Below are positions 24,278 to 34,788 of a DNA stretch of 64,000 nucleotides, piece by piece. Position 1 is the stretch's first letter; the number at the start of each line of letters is the position of its first letter. The notes below the pieces were generated by a model, which ran no database searches, was not told the origin of the DNA, and worked only from the letters and a program-made list of their open reading frames with translations. Origin of the DNA: Cyanophora paradoxa CCMP329 (lineage: Eukaryota > Plantae > Glaucophyta); contig QPMI01000580.1 in NCBI GenBank assembly GCA_004431415.1, forward strand, positions 1 to 64,000, written 5' to 3'. A program made the position numbers and the translations under genes.

Positions 24278-25959
24278 ATGGGCGAGCGCAAGGTCATCAA
24301 CAAGTACTACGTGCGTGCTGCGGCCCGCCTTGCGTCCCGCTGCCGCCGCGGCGCGCCCTCGCCGAGCGCGCGGCTGACGGCGCCTGCCCGCAGCCGCCGG
24401 ACTTCGACCCGGAGAAGCTCACGAAGCGGAAGCGGCCGAAGAATGACCAGATCAAGATTCGTATGATGATGCCGATGAGCGTCCAGTGCGTCCCCGCGCC
24501 CGGCCCCGCGCGCCCCGCCCCGCCCCGCCCCGGGGGCCGGGGGGCGAGCGGGGCGGGGCCCCGGGCAGGTGCACGACGTGCGGGGAGTACATCTACAAGG
24601 GGAAGAAGTTCAACTCGCGGAAGGAGACGGTGGAGAACGAGGACTACCTCGGCATCAAGATCTTCCGCCTCTACATGCGCTGCCCCCGCTGCTCCGCCGA
24701 GTTCACCATCAAGACCGACCCCAAGAACAGGCCCGCCGCCCCGCCCCCGAGAGCAGGCCGGCGCGGCGCGTGCTGACGGGGCGCGCAGCGACTACACGGC
24801 CGAGGTCGGAGTCATCCGGAACTTCGAGCCGTGGAAGGCCCGGGCGGAGGAGGTGCGCCCCCCGCGCCCCGCGCCCCCGGCCCCGCGCGCCCGGCGGGGC
24901 GCGGCTCACGGCGGGGCCGCAGGAGGAGAGGGCGAAGAGCCAGCGGGCGAACGAGGAGGAGGGCAACGCGATGAAGGCCCTCGAGAACCGCACCATGGAC
25001 TCGAAGCGGGAGATGGGTGCGCCCCGCGCCCCCGCCCCGGGCCGGCCGCCGCCGACGCCTTGCAGACATCCTGGACGCGCTGGACGAGATCAAGGCGCTG
25101 AACGCGGCGAACTCGGCCACCGACGTCGACTCCCTCCTCGACGAGCGCCGCCGCGAGGCCGCCGAGAAGCGCGTGCGCTGGCCCCGCCCCGCCCCGCCGG
25201 CCCCTTCCCCTCGCACGCCGCGCACGACGCCCGACGCCCGACGCGCGCCCCGCAGCGGCTGCAGGAGGAGGAGGACGACCGCCTCGCCGCCGAGATGTTC
25301 CGCAAGGCCACCTACACGGTGCCTCTGGCGGGGGGCGGCGCGGGCAGGCGCGGGGCTCACCGGCGCGCAGGTGAAGCGGCTCGAGGGCGGGGACGACGAG
25401 GAGGACGGGGAGGAGGAGGACGACGACAACTGGTCGGTCGACTCGGAGGCGCGCCCCGCCCCGCCCCGCCCCGCCCCGCCCGCCCCGCCCGGGCCCCGCG
25501 CGCCCGCCGACGCCGCCGACGCTCGCGGCAGGCGCCGAAGAAGGCGTCCAAGTTCGGGGCCGGCAAGTACGTCTTCGCCCCAAGGAGCAGTGGGGCACCG
25601 GCCCCGCCGACGCCGAGGGCGCCCCCGAGGACGGCCCGCCCCGCCCAGCGGCAGCAGCGGCAGCTCCAAGCCGGCCCCGAAGCCGGCCGCCAAGCCGGCC
25701 GCCAAGCCCTCCGCCTCCGCCGGTGCGGCGCCCCCGCTCGCCCCCCCGGCCGCCCGCCGCCGCTGACCCTCGGGCCGCGCCCCGCCGGGCAGTGCTGACG
25801 GCGGGGAAGGAGGACCCGGTGGCGAAGGCGAAGGAGGAGGAGGCGGCGGCGCCGGCGGTGCCGCTGGTGATCGTCAAGGCGAAGAAGAAGAAGGCGAAGG
25901 AGCCGGCCGGCCTCGCCCTCCTCGCCGCCTACGGCTCCGCCAGCGACGACGACGCGTAG
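24278..25959 (+). CDS. YJU2: Splicing factor YJU2/CCDC94; 11 exons
   Basis: [11 protein letters not shown]|[17 protein letters not shown]|[52 protein letters not shown]|[18 protein letters not shown]|[10 protein letters not shown]. Confidence 0.96.
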
Positions 25960-26497
25960 ACCACCCCCGGCCCGTCGGCCCCGCCCCTTCCCTGCAGCTA
26001 GGTCCACGTAATTCCGTGTGCTTCCGTGCTGAATGAGTGTCTCGCTGGAACGGTCACAGCTGCAGGGCCTCGCCTTCCGCGGACAGCGATTGCGTTTCTG
26101 CAGCTGGATGAAATGTACAGAGCGCTGCTGCAGGAGGAGGATCGGCGCGCTGCCGGCGGCGACAGCACCGACCCGACGAACATCGGCGCGTACGCAACCT
26201 CTCGCGTGATCATACTTGAGGTACTTGTACTTGAGGTGCTGTGTGTCATACAGGCGCTCCATCATGCGGGCGCTAGCCAGCGCGCTAGCTGCGAGGCCAT
26301 GCGGTGAGCTGGATCGATATCGCCGAGTCGGAGCTCGCAGCGTGCGTCAAGTTCGCATACCCCTATTGTCGATCGATTGGCGTTAGTTAGCGAGCGAGGA
26401 GCGAACCAGTCACTCCGGTTTACGAACGAAGCGCTCATCCGGACAGCAAGTTCAACTCACCCGCGACCCCGCGTGGGCGGGTCTGCCCGAGCGAGCG

Positions 26498-28730
26498 ATG
26501 TCGGTCCTCGAGCAACGAGTGAAGCAGCGGCTCCAGGCACTTCAGGCACTACAAGCTGGCCAGGATGCGGCGGCAGAAGGCCCCCAGCCGGTTTCGCAAG
26601 TGCCTGCGGCCGCACTGCCATCGGAAAACGACGCGGTCTGCCCCCTGCGCTCGCTCCGCCATCGCCTTCCTTACTCTGCCGTGCGAGCAGCGCGAGCGGG
26701 CCGCGGAGCTGGAGGCAAACGGCGGGCCTCACGAGGAGTCTCACCCGGAAGCGGAAGCTTACATGTTTGACGAGCAAGAGCTGAACGCGCACGAGCATGT
26801 TGAGCATTACGGGCACATGGAGCGGCAGCGTTCGCGCCCGGACGTGGTGTCGCGGCTCTACCAGAAGGCGAACGAGTACGAGCAGCGGAGGGAGCGCATG
26901 GTAGAGCGTGAGTCGCCGCCCCCGGCACGGGCCCACGCGGCGCTGACGGGCGATGCAGGGCGGTTCGCTCCGAAGAAGCCGGCCATCAACCCGCGGAGCG
27001 AGGCGATTGCCTCGAGGACGGGCGTGAGCGTCCAGGAGCGGCTGCTGAGCGGCGTAAAGTCGTTCAACGCCAAATCGTGGGGCGCGAACAAGGCCGTCTC
27101 GCCCGACAAGTTCACGCGGGGCGTGCAGGACGCGAACCTGACCTTCCAGCCGAAGATCGACGCGAACAGCGCCCAGATGGCGAGCGCGAGCCGGCCGCCG
27201 GTCGCCACGCACGAGCGCCTCTACCACCACGTCAACGAGGACGTCCAGCGCCGCCGCGCCGAGCTCAAGGCCCAGAAGGACGAGGCCGAAGTCAAGGTGC
27301 CGCCCCGCCCCGCTCGCCGCGCGCCGACTGCGCCTCCCGGCCGCCCGCGTGACGCGCCGGGCCGGCGGCAGGAGTGCACGTTCGCGCCGCGGACGCTGAA
27401 GAACGTGCCGGGGATGGAGCATCCGCCGGGCGGCCTCGGGGACCACTTCGAGCGGCACATGCGCTGGCGCGCCCCGCCCGCACCGCGCCGCACCCGTGTT
27501 TGTCGGCAGGCGCGGCGTGACCGGCCGCCCTCGCGCCCCCGCAGGAAGGCGAAGCTGGACGAGCGTCTGGATCGGCAGCGGCGGGAGATGGAGCAGCGCG
27601 AGATCGCCGCCTGCACCTTCCGCCCCTCACTCGAGAAGGTCCGCCCCCGCTTTCCGCCTCCCAGCGCCAGCCGCCGCCGCTGACGAGCCGCTGGCGCGCG
27701 CAGAGCCCGAGCGACGCGGTGGTCAGCGCGTACGAGATCGGGGCGCTGGCGCTCTCGCCGCGGTCGCCCAAGGGCGGGGCCGGCTCGCCGACGGGCGGCG
27801 GCGGCAAGGGCGTGCAGGAGTTCCTGGAGCGCTGCGAGGTGGCGCGGCGCATGCGCGAGGAGCGCAAAAACGTGCCGCACGCGACCGGCGAGAAGTGGCG
27901 GCCGCAGGGGACGCGCCCGCAGCCCTTCCAGCTCACCACGGAGCTGCGCATGTCGGCGCACAAGGCCCGCACCGCGCGCCGCAAGCCGATGTGGGGCCCC
28001 GAGGAGGCCGCCGCCCCCGCCAGCGCCGCCTCCGCGCCGTCCTGGGCCCGCGGCGAGCTCCGCGGCTCCTCCTCGAGCCTCCGCGCCTCCGCCTCCTTCG
28101 CCGCCGCGATGCCGCGCACGCCCATCGAGGGTGCGACCCGCGCCCCGGCGCTCCTGCGCGCCGGAGCCGGCGGGGGCCGACGCGCGGGGCGCAGAGCTGA
28201 TGGCGGTGCGGGCGGCGGCGGGGGAGCCGGAGGAGGCCCCACGAGAGCGGCGGCGGCTGGACTTCGAGCGGCGCACGCCGGGCGGGCCGGGGGCGGCGGA
28301 GGCGGCGGCGCGGCGCCGCGCCGAGGAGCTCCTCGAGGGGGACTCGGCCGGCGAGAGCGAGGGCTACGGCTACGGCCACCCCGACGCCAACGGCGCCGGC
28401 TACGGCTACGGCGACGAGGACGACGGGGGGTACGGCGAGGAGGAGGAGGAGGGGGACGAGGGGGAGGGTGCGGGGCCGGGGGCGCGGGGCATCAACCCGC
28501 TGGCGGGCCCGGCGTCGGTGGACGAGCGGGTGCGCAAGGGGCTGGAGGACTACTACGAGCGGGTGCGGCAGCGCAAGGAGATCCTCGCCGCCAAGCGCGC
28601 CGAGGCTTCCGCCCTCGCCGTCCGTCCCCGCCGCGCCCGCCCCCGCGCCCCGACGCGCCTCACGCGCCCCCGCGCCCCGCAGCTCGAGCGCCGCGCCAAG
28701 GCCGACGCCGCCCTCCCCTCCTGGAAGTAG
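26498..28730 (+). CDS. Uncharacterised protein with repeated (C)TFxP and xxRLY motifs, typical of protist flagellar/microtubule-associated proteins; multi-exon
   Basis: VVSRLY, VQERLL, THERLY; LTFQPKID, ECTFAPRT, ACTFRPSL, PQPFQL. Clean splice junctions. The function is inference. Confidence 0.6.
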
Positions 28731-29021
28731 CCCGCAGCCCTCGCCTTCTATTTCGTAGCCCTTAGCTCTAGCGACAAGCCAGGCGCCCGCCCTCATCTTT
28801 TGTGCTTTTTCTCTTTGGTCATGAATGATGCGTATCACCATCGATATCCTCTTGATCACCTTGGGCCGCTCAAGTTGGGCGCCCGCTCAATTAACGGTGT
28901 GGATTGCATGCGAACGACTTGAACCACGTTTCTGTTGAACCTGAAGGCTATTTCTAACAAAGCACACGATCAAACGCGTTCTACGTATACCTAGTTGCCT
29001 CAAAAAGCTAAGCTACGCGTG

Positions 29022-29741
29022 CTACAAAGGCAGCAACAACCCTTGGCCCTTGCAGCGCTTGCAGAGTATCCTGCCCCGCCCCCTGCACACTTTGCATTTG
29101 ATCCCGCCTGCCGAGCGGATCCGGATTAGAGGCGCCGGCGCCGGCGCGGCCTGCGCATGCTAGCGCTGGACCGGGAGGTGCTGATGGCATGGGCACACCG
29201 GCCATCACTTTAGTCCCCGAGCAAGCGAAGCAATCCGCGCCTCCCTTCCCTTGGCATCTCTCGCACACGCGCGGCGGCGGGCTCTGCGTGCGGAACCGAC
29301 AGCAGTCAGAACATTGGAATTATGAGCGGCGCGGCGCTCCTTGCTATCTAGCCATGAAGACGATATGCATTATAAGCACGGCATCCGCGCGCCGGGAACG
29401 TGCGCAGCTAAGGGGGGCGGCGGTATAGGCTCGCTGGTTTGCACGCGTGCGCGCGTGGGCCTAGCCGGGGCGCTGGATTCATCGGACGAGGCAGGATTGC
29501 TCCATTGTCGGCGCTAGTCCGTCTGTGCCGCCAGAGCGTTCCAGCGCGTGCTCACCCTCGAGCCAGAACTTGTCCATAACAAGCCGGCTCCGATCGCTAT
29601 AAGAATGCCACCGAACACCGAATTTCCGATCGCTGCGGTCTCCGGCATCCCGTCGTTGTAGTAGTAGGGCCGCGCCCGGGGTACTTGGCAATCGCCCGTG
29701 GGGGGTACGGGCATGTACTGTGCCTGGCAGCATGTATGCAT
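29022..29741 (-). CDS. Small membrane-anchored DnaJ-type zinc-finger protein (4x CxxCxGxG, no J domain); start uncertain
   Basis: TM segment VFGGILIAIGAGLLW, then CERCQGKG..CFACSGTK..|..CKVCRGRG..CKRCKGQG LLLPL*. Confidence 0.75.
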
Positions 29742-30015
29742 TCGCCACGCCCTGCGTCGGTGCAAACCGCGTCAAGCGGCCGCGCGTCCAGTCTCCGCTG
29801 CGGCAGGCCGCGCTCGAACATAGCTCATCGGGGCGCCGATCGCCGCCGCGGCTCTCGGGCGTGCTTTCGCCGCCCGCGCGTGCCTTTCGACATGTTGCTA
29901 GCGCTGCCGTTATCCCTCCTGCGGCGCGCTCTAGCGCGTCCCCGCCGCCCTCGCCCGAGGTTCGCGCCGAGCCGCCGCGGACATTCGCAGCTGGACTCAC
30001 TCCGTGCGCGCACAG

Positions 30016-32050
30016 ATGCCTTCTTACGACGAGTCGGTGGGGCCCCGCGCCCACCCGCTAATGACGCTCAGACGCGCCGACCGCGGCCTCGCCCAGTCTG
30101 GCGAGGGTCTCGAAGGCGGCGGCGCCGGCGGCAGCGGCGCCGGCGATTCCGATTCCGCCGAGCCCCCGGTGCGCCCAGGCACCGTTGGCGTTTACTGCGA
30201 GGCTTACGGGCGCACAGGTGCCGCCTTCCGGCGGCGCCGTCCCTTTTCTCGAGCCGCCAAGCGGGGTGCGGTACCCTTACTATTATGGTGATGATCATTC
30301 AGGAAAGGCTGCGCAGGACCTGAAGAAGGGGAGGACCGCGGGCGGCATCTTCACCTTTGTGCGCAACGGAGAGCTGAATGCCGTCCCCATCAAGTCGGAG
30401 GCGGAGGCGGAGGAGAACCGGCGCAGGGCCGGGCGCTACGAGGAGGCGGTGGGCCCGCCGCGCCACCGTCAGATCATCTGAGAGGGGTTGCTCTGCTGAG
30501 CTTCGCCGGGCAGGTTCGGAAACTGCCCTTTGGCGAGGTGATACAGATCGACGACGACGACGACGCCGCCGCGGAAGCACCGGGGCACCTCAAAGGCAGG
30601 CTGGGCCGTAACGAGCACTTCCCCAAGCTGTGCGCCGAGAGCGGGACGGAGACCACGGTCGGCTCTTTCGTTTAATTGGCCGCAAGAGCTAAACTGACGT
30701 GTGCACGAAGACCATGGGTGTGAACGCCTCCATCCGCATCTCGGAGCCGTTCTCCTACTGGAACCCTTGGGCCCATGGCGAGTACGGGAAAGCCCACGAG
30801 CTGCGGAAAGAGGCGAACCGGCTGGGGTGGCTGCGGATCCACAAGTGCAGGGGGGACGCCGCGGCGCAGACCATTCTGAACAAGTTCTCCCGGCTCCGGC
30901 GGAAGGTGCACTCTTTGCGTTCCACACTAGTCCTTTCTTCCTAGGACTGCGCTTCCTCGTTTAAACTGAAGGGCGGGGGCCGGCGGGCCGCAGGAGGCCG
31001 AAGAGTACATGCAGGGGGTGGGCAGGACTCCGGAGACAGTCGGGGCTGCCTTTCGGAGCCGGGTGGAGAAGGATCCCGAGCTTGGCAAGCATCACATGTT
31101 CATCGAGGATGCAAAGGTGGCCAGCTCGCCTCGCCTGTGGCGCCCTGACCTGATGACGGAGAGCAAGGTGCGCCAGCGCAGCTCGTGCTCCGATGCGCCA
31201 TAGCTCTGCTGCTCTATCTGCTGCTCTAGTCTGTCTATCCCTTCCATTCGCTTCCCTTTCTCTTTCCTTTTTCCCTCCCCCCTGACCACCTGTGTGCTCA
31301 GAACGGCCTCGTGCTCTTCATCGTCGACCTCGACGGCCTGTACTTCACCATGCGCGACGAGGAGGAGCGGGCTTTGAAGGAGTCGCCCCGCGAGGACGAC
31401 ATCGCGCGAGATGCGCACGCGGAGTGGGGCCGGAAGCACGTCGCCATCGTGTACGTGCGGGCGTACCTGGACGGCGCCGGCTTCAGCGCGGACCGCTTCG
31501 CGGATGAGATGTTGGAGATCATGAAGATGGGCATCGGCGAGCTCAAAGAGGGTGCGCCGCCTGCGCTCGCCTTCCCCTGGCGCACCTTCCCTGGCGCGCC
31601 CGCCAGCACATCCTGATGCGCTCGCAGCTCTGGCACACTCGGACCCGGAGCTGCGCCTGGCAGAGGCGTCGAGCGGCCTCTACACCGTGCTGAGGATGTT
31701 CGCGGTGCGCCTCCGCGCTCCCAACGGTGCGACTGGGCTCACTCCCCAGTAAACACGTTCAGAAGGGCAACGTCGTCGGCGGCGGCATCTTTTCTCCGGC
31801 CCTGCTGCATCAGCCGCGTCGACGTCCGCAGGTTCTCGAGGGCCGGTGCTCCAACCCAGACTGCCCGACGCCGGAGTCGTCCTCCGGTCGGTGGGCGTAT
31901 GGCCGCAAGGGCTGGCCCTCCGAAGGGCAGATCTTTTGTCGGGCCTGCTACCTGTACACAAACAAGCACAAGTGCGCTCCCCACGAGGCCTGGGACACTC
32001 CCCGCCTCATCCCCGTGGCCGCAGGGGGGAGAAGATGCGGCCACGCCTAG
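30016..32050 (+). CDS. Uncharacterised 9-exon protein: Vsr/DUF559-like (PD-(D/E)XK fold) domain plus C-terminal GATA-like C4 zinc finger
   Basis: All junctions are GT-AG and in frame. Nuclease-like region: WRPDLMTESK|NGLVLFIVDLDGLYF..REDDIARD..GRKHVAIVYVR. Finger: CSNPDC-x24-CRACYLY. Domain calls are by eye. Confidence 0.6.
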
Positions 32051-32156
32051 GCCTGGCCCTTGCTCACGAGGGCGAGGGCGAGGGCGAGGGCGATGGATGA
32101 GGGCGAGGGCGAGGCCGCGGCATGCCGGCGGCCTCGCGATCGAGCTCTGCTCGGGT

Positions 32157-32650
32157 AGCTCAAAGCTCAAAGCTCAAAGCTCAAAGCTCACTAGTTATAT
32201 GGTGAGGCCTAAATTGAAGTAGCTCAAAGCTCAAAGCTCAAAGCTCAAAGCTCAAAGCTCAAAGCTCAAAGCTCAAAGCTCAATTGCAAAGCTCAAAGCT
32301 CAAAGCTCAAAGCTCAAAGCTCAATTGCAAAGCTCAAAGCTCAAAGCTCAAAGCTCAAAGCTCAAAGCTCAATTGCAAAGCTCAAAGCTCAAAGCTCAAA
32401 GCTCAAAGCTCAAAGCTCAAAGCTCAAAGCTCAAAGCTCAAAGCTCAATTGCAAAGCTCAAAGCTCAAAGCTCAAAGCTCAAAGCTCAATTGCAAAGCTC
32501 AAAGCTCAAAGCTCAAAGCTCAAAGCTCAAAGCTCAAAGCTCAAAGCTCAAAGCTCAATTGCAAAGCTCAAAGCTCAAAGCTCAAATTAACTTGTAAAGC
32601 TCAAAGCTCAAAGCTCACTAGTTAACGTTATATGTTGAGGCCTCAAATTG
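32157..32650 (+). repeat. Punctuated heptamer tandem array (AAAGCTC)n, 53 full units, with AATTGC spacers and two copies of a ~30-bp unique block
   Basis: Runs of 4 | block | 8,5,6,10,5,9,3 separated by AATTGC | AAATTAACTTGT | 3 | block. The block is ACTAGTTATATGGTGAGGCCTAAATTG at 32190 and ACTAGTTAACGTTATATGTTGAGGCCTCAAATTG at 32617. Confidence 0.97.
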
Positions 32651-32836
32651 GGGTTGCAATTAATATTGGGGGGAAGACCGGCATGGCCGCAAAGGCGGCG
32701 GGCCGGCGCCGGGGGTGGGTACAGGCCGGTGCCGTGCACATGGGTCTACCCCCCGCAGAAGGCCGCTGCTCGTCCGCAGCCTGCCGCTGAGCCGCCACAC
32801 CCCGGGCGAGCGCAACCCTGCGCCCTGGCGGCGGCT

Positions 32837-34509
32837 ATGGGCCGCGAGGCGAAGCGCGGCGCCGCGAAAAAGACGAAGGAGCACAAGCAACCTCGGGACA
32901 ACGATTTAGTAAAGAAGCTCGGGTGACTGCGTGCTCTCGACCCGCCGCGGCGCGCCAGCTAACTCCCTTTACCATGCAGCGACCAAGTGCGGTTGAAAGG
33001 ATTCAGGATCGTCGATGTCGTGGGGTGAGCGGCATCGCATAGCTGGAACCGCGCGGCGCGCCCTCCGGCGGCCTGCGCGCGACTGCGCACCTGGTCCGCG
33101 CGCGAGCGCTTAGGCTGACCCTCGCCGGCACGCCGCAGCGATGGCAACTGCCTCTTCCGGTCGATAGCGGACCAGCTGTGCGGCTCACAGCACCGGCACG
33201 CGGAGTACCGCAAGCGGATCATGGACTACATCGCGGCGCGGCCAGACGAGTACGCCGGCCCGCCCCGCCCCTCCCTCTCCCCCGCCCCCCCTCTGACCTC
33301 TCCTCTCATCCGCAGATACGCCCCCTTCATGGGTGCGCGCTGCGTCCCCGCCCGGCGCGCCCGCCAAGCTAGAGGCGAGCTGATGCTGCTGGGCGGGGAA
33401 CGGGCAGAGGATGACAAGAGCTTCGAGCAGTACGTGGGGGAGATGCAGGAGGACGGGGAGTGGGGCGGGCAGCTCGAGATCGTCGCCGCCTGCAACGCCT
33501 ACCGCGTCAACGTCGTCATCCACCAGGTCGACAGCCCCGCCTGGTCTGCCCCGCCCCGCCCCAGCCCGGCCCCGGCCCCCTCGTCCCGCTGCCTTCGACG
33601 CTGTAGCAGGGAGATCGTCAACTTCGAGCGGGCCCCGACCATGCACCTCGCCTACTTCTCCCACGAGGCCCGCCCGCGCACTCCGCCCGCGTGCGCCCGC
33701 GCCGCCGGCGCCGGCGCCGACGCGGGCGCAGCACTACGGCAGCGTGCGCTCGCGGGAGCAGGCGGGGGACTCGGAGCCGGCCATCTCGACGCTCCCGCCT
33801 GCGCGCACGGCCGGGGGGCCCGGGCCCGGGTGGGGGCGGGGCCGCGGATGAGCGAGGAGGAGGCGGCGGTGTGCCGGGCCTCGGGCTGCGAGGACCTCGC
33901 CCGCATCCGCGAGGCCATCGACGAGGCAGCCGGCCCTGCCCGCCCACTCCGCCCCACCCCGCCCCTGACGCCCGCCCGGCGGCCCGCCCCGCGCAGTGCT
34001 GCGGCGACGTCGACGCGGCGGCGGAGCTCCTCACCTTCCGCAGTGCGCGCCCCGCGCGCCGTGGGGACGCCCCTCCTCCTTCGCCCTGCCCGCCCACCGC
34101 GGCCCCGCCCGCAGTGCGCAGCAGGGGCGGGCCGGGCCTCATCAACAGGGGGCCCCCGCCGCCGCCGCCACGGGCCCCCTCTCCGCCGCGCTCCGTGTGA
34201 GCTTGGGCCCGCCCCGCGGCGCGCGCGCTGCTGCTGAGGCCGGCGGCGGGCGCGGCGGCGGCAGGCGGGAGGAGAAGGGGAACAAGAAGCTCTCGAACCG
34301 GCAGCGGCAGCAGCAGGAGAAGGAGCGCCGGCGCGCCTTCGAGGCCGAGGTCCGTCCCCCCCGGGCCCGCCCCCGGCCGCCCGGCCCCCGCAGCTGCAGC
34401 ACGCCGGCTGAGGGCGCCGCGGCGGCAGGCGGCGCGGCGGCAGCGGAGCGACCACGACGCACAGGGGGCGGAGGAGCTCGGGGCCTACATGGGTGCCCTG
34501 CGCCTGTAG
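32837..34509 (+). CDS. OTU-domain deubiquitinase (OTUD3-like) with a UBA/CUE-like region; multi-exon
   Basis: DVVG|DGNCLFRSIADQL..DGEWGGQLEIVA..HLAYFSHE|HYGSVR; catalytic Cys and His are intact. One frame break near 33800-33850. Confidence 0.9.
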
Positions 34510-34788
34510 GCCGACGATCTGTTGCGTCAATTGCACGGCGGCATACCGCTGAGCTCGGCAGCTGGAGTTCAACTTGCGCTTAAGTTGGGCACTGCGGCAC
34601 GCGTACGGGGTGGGCATACGCACAGCTGCCAGGCTGCGGCTCGAATCCTCGTGGCGCCGGTTACGGGTTCCCCGTTCAAAACACGGCGCGGCGGCACCAC
34701 GGCCGAGAGCCTCGGAGCAAACGATAGCACGCGCTAACATCGGGAAAGCGTCTAGAGAGCCAAGCGAACTCGTAGCGGATAGCGGGCG

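Noticed and set aside
30629-30710. Apparent GT-AC intron in the nuclease-like gene
   Set aside because: A canonical in-frame GT-AG intron (30658-30710, with CTGAC branch site) explains the junction.
32189-32625. CACTAG at 32189 and 32616 (also 13160, 57471, 60539) as further CACTA termini
   Set aside because: They are in the same orientation with no closing TAGTG and do not resemble the 59430 end beyond 6-7 bp.
32157-32650. CRISPR array, telomere, or the AQSSKLK-repeat ORFs
   Set aside because: There are no unique spacers and no cas genes, the motif is not a G-rich telomere type, and the ORFs are just translations of a heptamer without an ATG start.
33790-33860. Frame breaks here, at 38895-38910, at 30-240 and in the WD40-RING gene, read as pseudogenisation or programmed frameshifting
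   Set aside because: All fall in or beside G/C runs of otherwise intact conserved genes. Long-read indel errors are the simpler explanation; raw reads are needed to confirm.
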